Below, one piece after another: positions 9,514-19,553 of a stretch of DNA of 64,000 nt (within the stretch, counting starts at the first letter, position 1; every line of letters starts with the position of its first letter). A model generated the notes under the pieces. It was not told where the DNA came from. It worked only from the letters and a program-made list of their open reading frames with translations, and ran no database searches. Both the position numbers and the translations under genes were made by a program. Origin of the DNA: a virus (Duplodnaviria > Heunggongvirae > Uroviricota > Caudoviricetes); IMG/VR virus record IMGVR_UViG_2648501839_000008. One strand, given 5' to 3'.

Positions 9514-11829
9514 TCAGATTTTGCAGGCTCCGTCGCACTCATCTTCTGGCTCGACGGCTACAGCTTGCGTAAGTGGATTCTTCGGTTCGTCGTCATCACG
9601 CTTTCCTGCCCCATCTCTGGTGTTGTGGTAGTAAAGCGTTTTAACTCCCATCTTGTAGGCGAGAAGCAAATCTGACAGTAGCGTCATCATTGGGACTTTA
9701 TCGCCTTCAAAGCGAGAAGGGTCATAGTTGGTATTGGCTGAAATAGCCTGGTCAAAGAACTTCTGGATGATCGCCACCTTTGTCAGATAGCCGCGGTTGT
9801 CCGGCATATTCCACAGGTATTCATACTGCTCCTTCAGTTTTTCAAACTCAGGCACGACCATCTTAACGATGCCGTCCTTAGAAGATTTCACCGACACCGG
9901 TCCACGAGGCGGTTCGATGCCGTTGGTGGAATTAGTGATCTGGCTGGAAGTCTCGCATGGCATTTGTGCCGTCAGTGTGGAGTTGCGAAGGCCGTATTTT
10001 GCAATACGCTCACGCAGTTCTTCCCACGGCATCTTTAACTCAAAGTTGGTTTCGCCGCTTTCGTCTAATGAAGAACGGTAATGGTCGATCGGCAACTGAC
10101 CAATTGCGTATTTGGTCTGCTCAAACCAGTCACACTCACCTTTTGCTTCGGCAAGTCGGCAGCTGGCGTCAAGAAGGTAATACTGGACAGCTTCGAACGT
10201 TTCATGCACCAGTTTATTGCCAGCGGTATCAGAATAACGAACGCCATTCTTTGCCAGGTAATAAGCAAAGTTGGTTACACCGATTCCCAGGCTACGACGA
10301 GCTTTGGCTGGCACTTCGGCTGCCTCCATCGGATAGTCTTGATAATCCAGTAACGAATCCAGTGCAGCAACGGCATAGAATGCCACCTCTTTAAGAGACT
10401 CCAGTGAACGAATGGCTCCGAGGTTAAAAGCGGATAAAGTGCACAGCGCGATCTCACCGTTCGGGTCGTCGGTAAATGTCAGTGGACGAGTAGGTAAAGT
10501 GATCTCCATACACAGGTTTGACTGGCGGACAGGTGCAAGAGCAGGAATGAAAGCGCCATGCTCATTAATATGATCGACGTTCGCAATATAAATTCGGCCC
10601 GTGGACGCTCGTTCCTGCATCAGAGATGAGAACAGCTCAATGGCAGGTACTGACTTCTTGCGAATTGAATCATCGGCTTCGTATTTATGGTACAGCTTTT
10701 CAAACAGATCCTGGTCTGTGAAGAAGGCTTCGTACATATCAGGCACATCATGCGGGCTGAACAGAGTGATGTTCTCGCTTCTGACGAGTCGACGGTACAT
10801 CAGACGGTTACTCATGACGCCGTAATCAAGATGGCGAACGCGGTTTTCATCGATACCACGGTTATTTTTCACCACCAGCAGACTTTCAACTTCAAGATGC
10901 CAAATCGGGTAAAACGCTGTTGCTGCGCCACCACGGACACCACCTTGCGAGCAAGATTTAACAGCAGTCTGGAAATGCTTCAGGAATGGAATAACTCCGG
11001 TATGGGTGGCTTCACCATTGCGGATCTCGCTGCCAAGCGCACGGATACGGCCAAAACCAATACCAATTCCAGCACGACGTGAAACGTAGTCGATAATTGC
11101 GGCTGAAGCTGCACTAATACCTTTCAGACTATCGCCAGACTCAATCAGCACACAACTGGAGAACTGACGGGTTGGAGTACGGACGCCGGCCATGATTGGT
11201 GTGGGCAGAGACAGTTTGAACGTACTTGTAATGTCATAGAAACCTTTGACCATCTCCATACGTGTTTTGCCCGCGCAGTCGTCTTCCCAATTCTGGAACA
11301 GACACATGCCAACCAGCATATAGATATGTTGCGGACCTTCGTGAATCTCACCAGTAACACGGTTTTGTACGAGATATTTGCTTTGCAGCTGCACCGTAGC
11401 CGCATAGCCAAAAAGATCGTCACGTTTAGGCTTAATGTAATTGCCGAGTTCTTCGATCTCTTCAAACGAATAATGTGTCAGCAAATCCTTGTCATAAACG
11501 CCCTTGTTAACGTTCTTGACAATGTGTTGGTAGAAGTTCGGATAGTCGTAACGACCGAAGGCATCTTTGCGGATTTTAAAAATGTTCAGGCGGGCAGCCA
11601 CCTGTGAGTAATTTGGTGCTTCCGGTGAGATCAAATCAGCGGCAGATTTAACCAAAGCCTCATGCAACTGGCTGGTGGTCATCCCATCAAAAATGCTGGC
11701 CGCAGCTCCCATTGCTACAGCGGATGCGCTTACGCCACGAATGCCTTCTACGCCATACATTACGACGCGGTTGTATTTTTCTTCGGATAACGGCTCTGTT
11801 TGGCCGTTACGTTTTACGATGCTTATCAT
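9514..11829 (-). CDS. nrdA: Ribonucleotide reductase class Ia large subunit
   Basis: 771 aa, colinear with E. coli NrdA (YLVQNRVTGEI, PTPIM.GVRTPTRQFSSCVLIE, SNLC.EI, ends GACKI). No intein or intron interruption seen. Confidence 0.95.
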   Translation of the reverse strand: MISIVKRNGQTEPLSEEKYNRVVMYGVEGIRGVSASAVAMGAAASIFDGMTTSQLHEALVKSAADLISPEAPNYSQVAARLNIFKIRKDAFGRYDYPNFYQHIVKNVNKGVYDKDLLTHYSFEEIEELGNYIKPKRDDLFGYAATVQLQSKYLVQNRVTGEIHEGPQHIYMLVGMCLFQNWEDDCAGKTRMEMVKGFYDITSTFKLSLPTPIMAGVRTPTRQFSSCVLIESGDSLKGISAASAAIIDYVSRRAGIGIGFGRIRALGSEIRNGEATHTGVIPFLKHFQTAVKSCSQGGVRGGAATAFYPIWHLEVESLLVVKNNRGIDENRVRHLDYGVMSNRLMYRRLVRSENITLFSPHDVPDMYEAFFTDQDLFEKLYHKYEADDSIRKKSVPAIELFSSLMQERASTGRIYIANVDHINEHGAFIPALAPVRQSNLCMEITLPTRPLTFTDDPNGEIALCTLSAFNLGAIRSLESLKEVAFYAVAALDSLLDYQDYPMEAAEVPAKARRSLGIGVTNFAYYLAKNGVRYSDTAGNKLVHETFEAVQYYLLDASCRLAEAKGECDWFEQTKYAIGQLPIDHYRSSLDESGETNFELKMPWEELRERIAKYGLRNSTLTAQMPCETSSQITNSTNGIEPPRGPVSVKSSKDGIVKMVVPEFEKLKEQYEYLWNMPDNRGYLTKVAIIQKFFDQAISANTNYDPSRFEGDKVPMMTLLSDLLLAYKMGVKTLYYHNTRDGAGKRDDDEPKNPLTQAVAVEPEDECDGACKI

Positions 11830-11846
11830 GTATCACCAAATAAAGA

Positions 11847-11868
11847 GGGCCACTAAATATAGTGGCCC
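11847..11868. other. Perfect 8-bp-stem hairpin in the nrdA 5' leader
   Basis: GGGCCACT-AAATAT-AGTGGCCC palindrome between a palindromic box (11878-11895) and the nrdA start. Confidence 0.4.
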
Positions 11869-11902
11869 ATGTTAATAGATAAGCACTTACCTATCAATGA
11901 AA

Positions 11903-12472
11903 TCAAATGAGAGACTTAAGAACATCGCGCACCTGGCGGAACTGATCTGTTTGCATACCGGTATGGATGGCAGCCACCGCATCAGCCAAATGTTCGTTTT
12001 TGTTCACGAGAACATCCTGTCCAGATTGCTTACGACGCAGCCACGGTGCTTTAGGGTGTTTTTTCGTAGCCCACTGGATAATCTCTTCTTTCGATGTAGT
12101 AAGTTTATTGCCGACAAAATGCTTAATTTCGTTTGGAGTAACCTGGATCAATGGCTTATCCACACACGCAAGTACACCGATACAAATACCGTAAGACGTC
12201 TGCGAACGAGAGTTTTGGCTCCCAACCGGTAGCTCACAAAAAACCATATTTGCCTTATCAATGATTGGTTTCGCAACACGCCATATTTCACTGGCGCGGC
12301 GCAGATCGTCACTGTTCACACGAACGGTCTTTTTGTTACTCCCCGCTTTAGTCTCAACAAGAGTAAGGCCGTGAATCTCAAGTTCGTCCGTTTCAAGGTC
12401 TAAAGTGCCCACAGCAAGCCCAAAGTTGCTCATAGAGGGATCAACACCAACTACGCTGATTTTTTTACTCAT
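11903..12472 (-). CDS. Putative RuvC-like Holliday junction resolvase
   Basis: N-terminal VVGVDPSMSNFGLAV resembles the RuvC-fold first catalytic motif; 189 aa. Confidence 0.55.
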   Translation of the reverse strand: MSKKISVVGVDPSMSNFGLAVGTLDLETDELEIHGLTLVETKAGSNKKTVRVNSDDLRRASEIWRVAKPIIDKANMVFCELPVGSQNSRSQTSYGICIGVLACVDKPLIQVTPNEIKHFVGNKLTTSKEEIIQWATKKHPKAPWLRRKQSGQDVLVNKNEHLADAVAAIHTGMQTDQFRQVRDVLKSLI

Positions 12473-12481
12473 ATAGTCTCC

Positions 12482-13225
12482 TTACCATGTTCCCCATATA
12501 GGGTTTTCCAATAATCTCGCCTCCAACGAATTGGCTACTATTGCCGTTTGCAACGTTGGTTGGGGATAGTTTGCAAAGTCTGAATACTCATTTACCTGCG
12601 TGACACGTTTATCTACAGCATGTTTAACGCCACTTGCTATGAAATGACGCATGATGCCCAACAGCCTCCGACTGTCTGCACTATCGTTTGCTAAAACATG
12701 AGGGAGCTGAAGTTCGATTTCTACCATTTCTCCATACTTACCAACAAACTGTAGTTTGTCCGCACTGTACTTTTTATCCCTCCTTTGGATAAGGAAACCA
12801 GTAAAAGCATCACCTGGCGATGCCAAACTATCCACCCGCTTATTGGCAAGTCGAATAAGGTTCGTGAAAGCCATACAGAGATGCGCATCCATTGCCCCAA
12901 AGAACCCTTCGCTATTAATGTTAAGATCTTCAGTTTCATGGGATGCAATAAACCCAGGCCCGACGTTGGGAAGATATCCCCCCTCAACAAAAGGATTAAT
13001 CAGGATCGGCGCAATACATCCAGGTGGTAGTGATTTCAAACTTTGCATCAATGGTGTCTCGGATATTAGACCAAGCAACGGGGCGAATTGTGCTTTGTCA
13101 ATATTATTGCTGCCCCACAGAATACGTGGAGCCGCACCATTGGAAGTATGCCCATTGATCAGTTTTATCGACTGCATCACCGCAAACACCTGCAAAAACT
13201 GCGAGCGGCTTAATTTAAACGACAT
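12482..13225 (-). CDS. Hypothetical protein
   Basis: 247-aa ORF between the SbcC-like and RuvC-like genes. Confidence 0.6.
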   Translation of the reverse strand: MSFKLSRSQFLQVFAVMQSIKLINGHTSNGAAPRILWGSNNIDKAQFAPLLGLISETPLMQSLKSLPPGCIAPILINPFVEGGYLPNVGPGFIASHETEDLNINSEGFFGAMDAHLCMAFTNLIRLANKRVDSLASPGDAFTGFLIQRRDKKYSADKLQFVGKYGEMVEIELQLPHVLANDSADSRRLLGIMRHFIASGVKHAVDKRVTQVNEYSDFANYPQPTLQTAIVANSLEARLLENPIWGTW

Positions 13226-15131
13226 AGCTGCGCCCCTCTTTAACTTCCAGAGTAATAGTTTCGCGGAACCATGACTTCATCTCTTTATGGGAGATAATCA
13301 GCACAGTGCCCCGTTCGCGAGCTTTGGACTCCAGAATACCCATGAGGCGTTCAAGACCGGCTGTATCGAGTGCATCGTCAATTTCGTCGCCGATAAACAA
13401 ATCGATGTTTTTACTCGCCCGGTTACTGACCAGATCTTGCAATGCCAAAGAACACGCAATGCGAACCTTCCGCTTCTCACCACCAGAGAGGGTCTGGAAC
13501 GACTTACTTGAACCTTTCTTCTGCACACTAATGTTGAATTTGTCGCGATACTCACCTTTTTTAGTGACATCCATCGTCGACCACTCAGCAGTAATATTCC
13601 CGTCAGACAACGTATTGAGATACTCGGCTGTGCGTGTATTCAGGAAAGGCGTAACAGAGGTCAAAATATGAGAACGCACCCCGGCAGGAGAGTAGACCTG
13701 ACGAGCTTTTTCCAATAGCAACGTTTGTTCCTGAATAGCCTTCAACTCATCTTTTAAGGACTTGAAGGTAGACTTACTGGATACCAGGTTATCTTCGTGT
13801 CTGGCGATAAGAGCAATAAACGGATTAATCTCTTTTGATATACGATCGACCTCAGTACGAGCACGAGTAACAAGAGACTCAATAGCAACAACCTCCTTCT
13901 CACGATGACGCAAAGATGAGAGTTGTTTAGTAAGTTCTTCAATCCGGGCAATGATAGCCGTTACATCAGGTGTCGTTTTAACAAGGGCAGACTCAATGCT
14001 TAACGCCTTCTCAAGATTCGTTTTGTGTTTAGCCATTGCCTCTGCAAGTGTCTTCGCCTGACCAATTTCCTGACGTGCTTGTTCAATGAAATTCTCCTTC
14101 ACCGTTGATAGATCTTCTTCGCAGTAGGCTTTGCCACAAGTAGGGCATGGTGATCCTACTTTAGTACCAACCTCTTCTGCTTTGGTCTTAAAATTGCGCG
14201 CGCGGCTCATTGCATCAGCCTGACTATTTTCTGTAGCTTTGATGCTTGCCCGAATATCAGTTATCGCACCACGCACTTTGAGCAACTTGGCGTCATGTTC
14301 TTCTTTTGAGGCTAACTTTTTGCGCTCACTTTCGATTGCCTTCTCGGTATCACGGATCTGTTCGGGAAGAGTGCGGATCTCAAGTTCAACTTCCGTTAAC
14401 TCAACTTCGGCACTTGCCAGCCCGGCCAGGGCATCGTCATAACGTTTAGAACGCTCTTGTTCCCATGATTCAGAGGAGGCTTTCGCGGACTCAATTTCTG
14501 ACTGTGTTGCCTCAATGGTCGAGATTGTCGACTCCAATTTGGTTTTAACCACGTCCATACGTGCGGCAGCTGCGTTAGCTCGTTCACGAGCAATAGCGTA
14601 GGCGCGTGTCAGTCTGTCAACGCCAGCGGCTTCTTCTACGATGGTTTTGAGGTTTTTGTCGGACATTCCAGGTAGATCTGGCATAGCTTCTTGGCTTGCA
14701 TAGATGGAAGCCATGAAAACCTCTTTAGATGCACCGATCAGACGTTCGACGAACTCTTGCGTCAGCGCATCTTTGCCTTTCGTCATATCGCCGTCTTCAC
14801 CACGAACGATAAGCCGATTTTTGAACTCTTTGTGTTTACGGTGACGAATGATCGCATATCTCTTGCCTTCATCCTCGATGGTTACTGCAACACGACAGTT
14901 CTTTTCATGGTCGGTAGACAACACATCGTCACCATTCACACCATGAGCTGTTTCGCCATAAAGACACCACATCAGGCTATTCATTAGCGTTGACTTTCCA
15001 GAGCCATTACTTGATGCGGAGCTATCATCACTATTAACACCCTGAATGAGCACTAAACCACGCTGCTCTAACTCGACCTCCGCGCTGGCGATAGCCATAA
15101 AATTCTCAACCTGGAGCTTTAAAAACTTCAT
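13215..15131 (-). CDS. sbcC: SbcC/Rad50-like recombination ATPase
   Basis: N-terminal Walker A (GSGKSTLMNSLMWCLYG), long central coiled coil with CPTCG zinc hook, C-terminal LSGGEKR signature and D-loop. Confidence 0.85.
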   Translation of the reverse strand: MKFLKLQVENFMAIASAEVELEQRGLVLIQGVNSDDSSASSNGSGKSTLMNSLMWCLYGETAHGVNGDDVLSTDHEKNCRVAVTIEDEGKRYAIIRHRKHKEFKNRLIVRGEDGDMTKGKDALTQEFVERLIGASKEVFMASIYASQEAMPDLPGMSDKNLKTIVEEAAGVDRLTRAYAIARERANAAAARMDVVKTKLESTISTIEATQSEIESAKASSESWEQERSKRYDDALAGLASAEVELTEVELEIRTLPEQIRDTEKAIESERKKLASKEEHDAKLLKVRGAITDIRASIKATENSQADAMSRARNFKTKAEEVGTKVGSPCPTCGKAYCEEDLSTVKENFIEQARQEIGQAKTLAEAMAKHKTNLEKALSIESALVKTTPDVTAIIARIEELTKQLSSLRHREKEVVAIESLVTRARTEVDRISKEINPFIALIARHEDNLVSSKSTFKSLKDELKAIQEQTLLLEKARQVYSPAGVRSHILTSVTPFLNTRTAEYLNTLSDGNITAEWSTMDVTKKGEYRDKFNISVQKKGSSKSFQTLSGGEKRKVRIACSLALQDLVSNRASKNIDLFIGDEIDDALDTAGLERLMGILESKARERGTVLIISHKEMKSWFRETITLEVKEGRSYVV

Positions 15132-15360
15132 ATAACACCTTTGATACCGTGTGTTAGCTTTTGACCTTCTTTCAATCTGAACTCCGTATGCGCCGGGAAG
15201 GATCTGCGCCTCAATATGCCTTTTCTGGTTAACCTTCCAAGATAAAACGCTACGGGATTTCCTTGTGGCGGGTAGGGCTTGTGAAACATCACCGTCTGGC
15301 CTCGTTCAAGTCTTTTCATCGTGATGGCAAAGTCTCGAAAGCTCCCATAACGACTTTGCC

Positions 15361-16446
15361 TCACACAGCCTCCGAACTCTCCGCTTCGGTGAGGATTTCC
15401 TGACACAAAATATCCAACTTGCTCAGATCAAATCCGCCGTCAGTATCGTGGACAATCTTGCAATAAGCGGATACCGACTCTCCCAAGCTATCGATTTTGC
15501 TGGTTTCCGTTGTGCTTGCTGTCCCTTCCATCATTGATGACTTACGGATGAAGTTGCACACGACACCTTTTGCACCCATTGTTTTGAGGATGTTCTGGTA
15601 CTTAATGCCTTCTTCATCGTTCTCAATTACGGCGCGGAAACGCACGTAGTTGCCGCGAATTTGGTCATCGGCAACATAATCTTCCAGGTTAATGAATTTA
15701 GGCGCACTGGTTTCGTAGTGACTGAAACTGCCGTCCGGGTTTACGATCATGTAACCAGCCAGAGATCCAACATCTCCCCAATTTTGATGGGTCAGCGCAC
15801 CGACACTGATAACTCCAGGAATGACCTCTTTGTGGTTGTGGTAATGCCCACTAAGCACGAGACGAAAGCCGATATCCTTTAACTCCTGCGCATCGATACC
15901 GACGTCAGGCATTGTTGGAATGGCTTTGTTAATGGATGTATGGATAACAACGTCATGATTATCACCTTCTACGATCTTACGTAATGCTTTCAGATCGCTG
16001 ATAAGCTCTGCATGATTGTTACGCCAGCTAATCAGGTGGACAGTCACATCACCAATTTTTATTGAATGTGGGCGCTTGCCACATACGATTACCACGCCGA
16101 TAGAACTCAGCGATGCTGCTGCGTTGGCGCTATATACTGAATCGTTGGTTTCAAGATCGTGATTACCGGCCAGCATTACTACTGTCAGATCAAGCTCGTT
16201 GATAATCCACTTGTACGTTTCAGTTACGTAATGCAAAACAGAAGGGGACACAGTCCCTCGGACGTGAAATGTATCACCGGCAACCAACATGTACTTACAA
16301 CCGGCCTTCTTCATGGCGATGGCTGCTTCTTTCGTTGCTTCCAACTGTATTTCAAGTCTGGAGTTAAGCCCCTCAGCGTTCGTCGTGGAGAACGCATCCC
16401 ATTTGTGGTAGTGGCAGTCAGAAATGACGCCGTATGGCAAAGTCAT
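15361..16446 (-). CDS. sbcD: SbcD/Mre11-like nuclease (calcineurin-like phosphoesterase)
   Basis: ISDCHYH, VAGDTFH and LAGNHDLE metallophosphatase motifs; conserved initiation box directly upstream of ATG 16446. Confidence 0.85.
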   Translation of the reverse strand: MTLPYGVISDCHYHKWDAFSTTNAEGLNSRLEIQLEATKEAAIAMKKAGCKYMLVAGDTFHVRGTVSPSVLHYVTETYKWIINELDLTVVMLAGNHDLETNDSVYSANAAASLSSIGVVIVCGKRPHSIKIGDVTVHLISWRNNHAELISDLKALRKIVEGDNHDVVIHTSINKAIPTMPDVGIDAQELKDIGFRLVLSGHYHNHKEVIPGVISVGALTHQNWGDVGSLAGYMIVNPDGSFSHYETSAPKFINLEDYVADDQIRGNYVRFRAVIENDEEGIKYQNILKTMGAKGVVCNFIRKSSMMEGTASTTETSKIDSLGESVSAYCKIVHDTDGGFDLSKLDILCQEILTEAESSEAV

Positions 16447-16661
16447 GTGTTTTTCCTTTGTGGTTATTTTGATACAAATTTTAAGAGCAATGAGAAGGTA
16501 AACAACTATGCATAACGGTATGTTAGGAATGAAACGAGCGACTTAATATACAAAATTTATAAGTAAGTATATACCTATTTATTGTGACGCAACTTTGCTT
16601 GTCTGTATGACTAAAAATAAGACAGGATCACTGTAGAACGCTATGAGAGCTATTTTGAGGA

Positions 16662-16682
16662 GGCGTAGATTCTATCTACGCC
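16662..16682. terminator. Hairpin downstream of gene 16701..17345
   Basis: GGCGTAGAT-TCT-ATCTACGCC inverted repeat. Confidence 0.4.
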
Positions 16683-16700
16683 AATATGCGATCTGGAGGG

Positions 16701-17345
16701 TTACAGCGCGTCAGTGGGCTTTTTACGCGCTGCGTTTATGCTTATGACGCCAGCTTTTGGACGTGGGTCAACAAGGTTAAGCTCTTCTTCACTGTGGTAT
16801 TCGAGGTCGAACTCACGTTTTACATGTCTGATGTAGATTGCGGTGAGCTGGCTATCTTTGGTCAGGAAGTGTCCGTAGGATTTACGGATCACTTCTTCTA
16901 CCTTTTCGAGTTTCTCACCACCCATACAGAGATGATTAAACCGGCTGTGTTTACGCAACATTTCGTCTACTGGACCTGAGTAAATTTTGTCTACTTTCCC
17001 AAAACGGATGATTTTCCCTGTGTCTGCGGATACAAGGCAAATCAGCTTGTCTGGTGATAAACGATCTCGCCACGTCACACCTGAACGGAGTGTGTTGAAG
17101 TAGGGGGCATCCAATCCGATGATCGGTTTACGAAATGCGAGCAATGGAACGTACCTGATGCAACTGTTTAAATGAAAATTCACACCAGCCTTATCAAGTT
17201 TAATTCTGGTTTCGTAGATCGGGCACTTCGCCGCTATACCGCAGATGTCACAAAGCAACTTCTGCTTATTCAGGTTGGAATTTGATTCGATAGTGTAGGA
17301 GCCGTCTTCAAGACGACGAACCCAGCGCGTGCGTTTTAGATCCAT
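16701..17345 (-). CDS. Hypothetical protein
   Basis: 214-aa ORF, Cys-containing; function unknown. Confidence 0.55.
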   Translation of the reverse strand: MDLKRTRWVRRLEDGSYTIESNSNLNKQKLLCDICGIAAKCPIYETRIKLDKAGVNFHLNSCIRYVPLLAFRKPIIGLDAPYFNTLRSGVTWRDRLSPDKLICLVSADTGKIIRFGKVDKIYSGPVDEMLRKHSRFNHLCMGGEKLEKVEEVIRKSYGHFLTKDSQLTAIYIRHVKREFDLEYHSEEELNLVDPRPKAGVISINAARKKPTDAL

Positions 17346-17423
17346 ATGTCATTTTTCTGTGATTGTTAGCCGAGGCAACGATAACCCACTAGGTGCGCCG
17401 AAGGTAGTAAATGCCTGTTTTAA

Positions 17424-17510
17424 TTATTCACATATCCACAGGATAGATCCTAATAAAGAGATCCATAGATAGATCCTTGTATAGATCAAATAAGATCCCC
17501 GATCGCTGTA
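17424..17510. promoter_or_regulatory. Origin-like region: two tandem DnaA boxes followed by a cluster of about six GATC sites
   Basis: TTATTCACA (17424-17432) and ATATCCACA (17432-17440) match the DnaA box TTATNCACA; GATC recurs about six times over the next 70 bp. Confidence 0.6.
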
Positions 17511-17544
17511 AGCCGCGCCACGACTGGTCTGAAGCCATGTTCAT

Positions 17545-17646
17545 GTATGCTGCCAGCGGTAATTGATAGTCTGTCAACGGTTCGCCGTATGCTGCCAACT
17601 GTTTTTGGTATGCTGCCAGCGGCAAATCAAGTATGCTGTCAGCGGT
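17545..17646 (+). repeat. Upstream iteron set: four direct 16-bp repeats
   Basis: Copies of GTATGCTG(C/T)CAGCGGT at 17545, 17587 (degenerate), 17608 and 17631, all in one orientation. Confidence 0.85.
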
Positions 17647-17666
17647 TGAATGACAAAGGTGTCCAC

Positions 17667-18761
17667 ATGTCCACAAAAAATAAAAAAGGTAAAAATAACA
17701 AAGAAGTAGAAGATAATCTCGACAACTTTGAAGAAGGTTCCCTTGAATTGTACACAGGGGAACTTGTCCCTAATAGCAACAATACAGTCCAACCAATTGC
17801 GTTGATGCGGCTGGGGTTGTTCGTGCCCACGCTCAAGGGGACAAAATACAGCAAGCGTAACAAGCCAAATGAGATCGATGCTTCAAAGGAGCTTGTTCAG
17901 CTCGAAGTAGCCCGTTCTGAAGGCTATTCCGATATCAAGATAACCGGTCCTCGTCTCGACATGGATCATGATTTCAAAACGTGGGTGGGCGTTGTGCGTT
18001 CGCTGGCAGAATACGGCGAACCTAACGGTCGTGTCGAGTTAAGCATCACGAAATTTGCGAAGTTTTGTGGCTATCCATCGTCACAGATCCGCAAAACACT
18101 CCGCGACCGGCTTACAAACAGTCTTTTGAAGATCATGCGTACAACTCTGTCTTTCCAGAGAACGTATGAAGAAAAGAACGTCGACGGCTCTAACAAGATC
18201 TCGCTTCTGATGGTGCACCTCATCAATAGCGTGGACTACAACGAGCAGAAAGATACGGTGGTGTTCTATGCAGAACCGAAGCTGGCCGAACTATATCGCT
18301 TTGACCATAAGGTTCTTTTGCAGTTAAAGGTTATCAATAAGCTACCACGCAAAGAAACAGCACAGGCTCTGTACACCTTCATCGAAAGTCTTCCAACCAA
18401 GCCTGCGCCGGTATCGCTTGCTCGATTGCGTGCGCGACTCAATTTGAGTAGCAGGAATGTCAGCTCGCAGAATCAGACTATACGTAACGGCTTAAAAGCT
18501 CTCCAAGATTTGGGCTATCTCGAATACAGCGAGATTAAGCGTGGGCGGTCGATCTATATCCAGATTCACAGCCGCAATCCAAAACTCAAAGTCGCACCGC
18601 CAAAACCTGAAGACATCGAACCCAAAAAACCAGATGAGAAAGCTGGGGAAATTGATGCCAAACAGAACATTATCAACAAGATAACCGAACTTTCGCAGAA
18701 TTTGACGCCTGAAAATATCAAGATGATTGAGATCCTTTCCAATAGTCTCAAACTGCTTTGA
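17667..18761 (+). CDS. repA: Plasmid replication initiator RepA (P1 RepA-like)
   Basis: NNTVQPIALMRLGLFVP, ITGPRLDMDHDFKTW and YTFIESLP match P1 RepA as recalled. Start set at ATG 17667; the ORF-track start at 17547 would translate the iterons. Confidence 0.85.
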   Translation: MSTKNKKGKNNKEVEDNLDNFEEGSLELYTGELVPNSNNTVQPIALMRLGLFVPTLKGTKYSKRNKPNEIDASKELVQLEVARSEGYSDIKITGPRLDMDHDFKTWVGVVRSLAEYGEPNGRVELSITKFAKFCGYPSSQIRKTLRDRLTNSLLKIMRTTLSFQRTYEEKNVDGSNKISLLMVHLINSVDYNEQKDTVVFYAEPKLAELYRFDHKVLLQLKVINKLPRKETAQALYTFIESLPTKPAPVSLARLRARLNLSSRNVSSQNQTIRNGLKALQDLGYLEYSEIKRGRSIYIQIHSRNPKLKVAPPKPEDIEPKKPDEKAGEIDAKQNIINKITELSQNLTPENIKMIEILSNSLKLL

Positions 18762-19293
18762 TATGCTGTCAGCGGTGAAATGTATGCTATCAGCGGCTAT
18801 TTTTCTGAAAAGTATGCTGTGAACGGTTAAAGATATGCTACCAGCGGTATAGTGAGATGAACGTATGCTGTGAGCGGTAAATCATCTATCACCACTCAAT
18901 GCTCTGTCATACCTCCCCAGTGGTTACTAACCTCGAAGAGTGCATTCCATATAGGTTTGCGCTCACTAACATTCTATTGCTATTGCGCTGATTGCTTGTA
19001 GTGAAAGGCATTTATTGCCTGCTACTCCCTGATAGAACGTATGCTGTCAGCGGTGTTTTATTGAGGAATTTTTGTTTGGATATGCTATCAGCGGTAATTA
19101 ATGGCATATGTCAGACATTCGTATGCTGCCAGCGGTAATTTTGTTCTGGTTATACCCATACCGGTACACATTATTCATGCAATGTCTTAAGTATGCTGCC
19201 AGCGGTAAAAAATCGAGTAAAGTATGCTGTGAGCGGTGAGATAGACTCTCGATATGCTATCAGCGGTAGTTGATTGTGTATGCTGTCAGCGGT
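18762..19293 (+). repeat. Downstream iteron sets: two clusters totalling about 12 direct repeats
   Basis: (G/A)TATGCT(G/A)(T/C)(C/G)A(G/A)CGGT at 18762, 18782, 18812, 18834, 18863, 19039, 19080, 19121, 19191, 19222, 19252, 19278; about 150 bp without repeats separates the clusters. Confidence 0.85.
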
Positions 19294-19309
19294 GACGACT
19301 ATGAAATAT

Positions 19310-19331
19310 GACTGCGGAACGTGCCGCAGTC
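19310..19331. terminator. Hairpin after the minus-strand operon ending at 19341
   Basis: GACTGCGG-AACGTG-CCGCAGTC inverted repeat. Confidence 0.45.
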
Positions 19332-19340
19332 AGTTTGCAT

Positions 19341-19553
19341 TTAGTGTATTTTCTTTAACAGACCCCAAAGTGTTCCGGCTTTTGTAGTCAGTTTTCCTGT
19401 TTCTGGATCGTACATACGCCATTCACGCCGCTGGTGGACGATATACCCATCTTCACGTTCCAGACGCTCAAGAATGCCAGGTTGCTTGAAACCCTTAGCA
19501 CGCCAGTAGCCGCTTGTTTTCTCGATTTCCAGACCTGCCAGTGTTAATGCCAT
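19341..19553 (-). CDS. Hypothetical protein
   Basis: 70-aa ORF, translationally coupled to the upstream gene. Confidence 0.5.
   Translation of the reverse strand: MALTLAGLEIEKTSGYWRAKGFKQPGILERLEREDGYIVHQRREWRMYDPETGKLTTKAGTLWGLLKKIH

Noticed and set aside
9957-10394. 145-aa plus-strand ORF, and other plus-strand ORFs between 9797 and 11607
   Set aside because: All lie antisense inside nrdA, whose reading frame is supported by end-to-end homology.
6044-11829. Possible group I intron or intein in thyA or nrdA/nrdB
   Set aside because: All three reading frames are continuous and colinear with cellular homologues; the extra ThyA segments are in-frame protein insertions.
12756-13274. 172-aa plus-strand ORF
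   Set aside because: Antisense to the 247-aa minus-strand gene and the SbcC start; no RBS.
17547-17666. N-terminal 40 residues of the ORF-track RepA call (start 17547)
   Set aside because: This stretch is the translation of the upstream iterons (repeated MLPA peptides); the real start is ATG 17667.
17545-19293. Possible CRISPR array suggested by the short direct repeats
   Set aside because: Repeats are only 16 bp, degenerate, irregularly spaced (4-30 bp), and flank a repA gene; this is an iteron replicon, not CRISPR.
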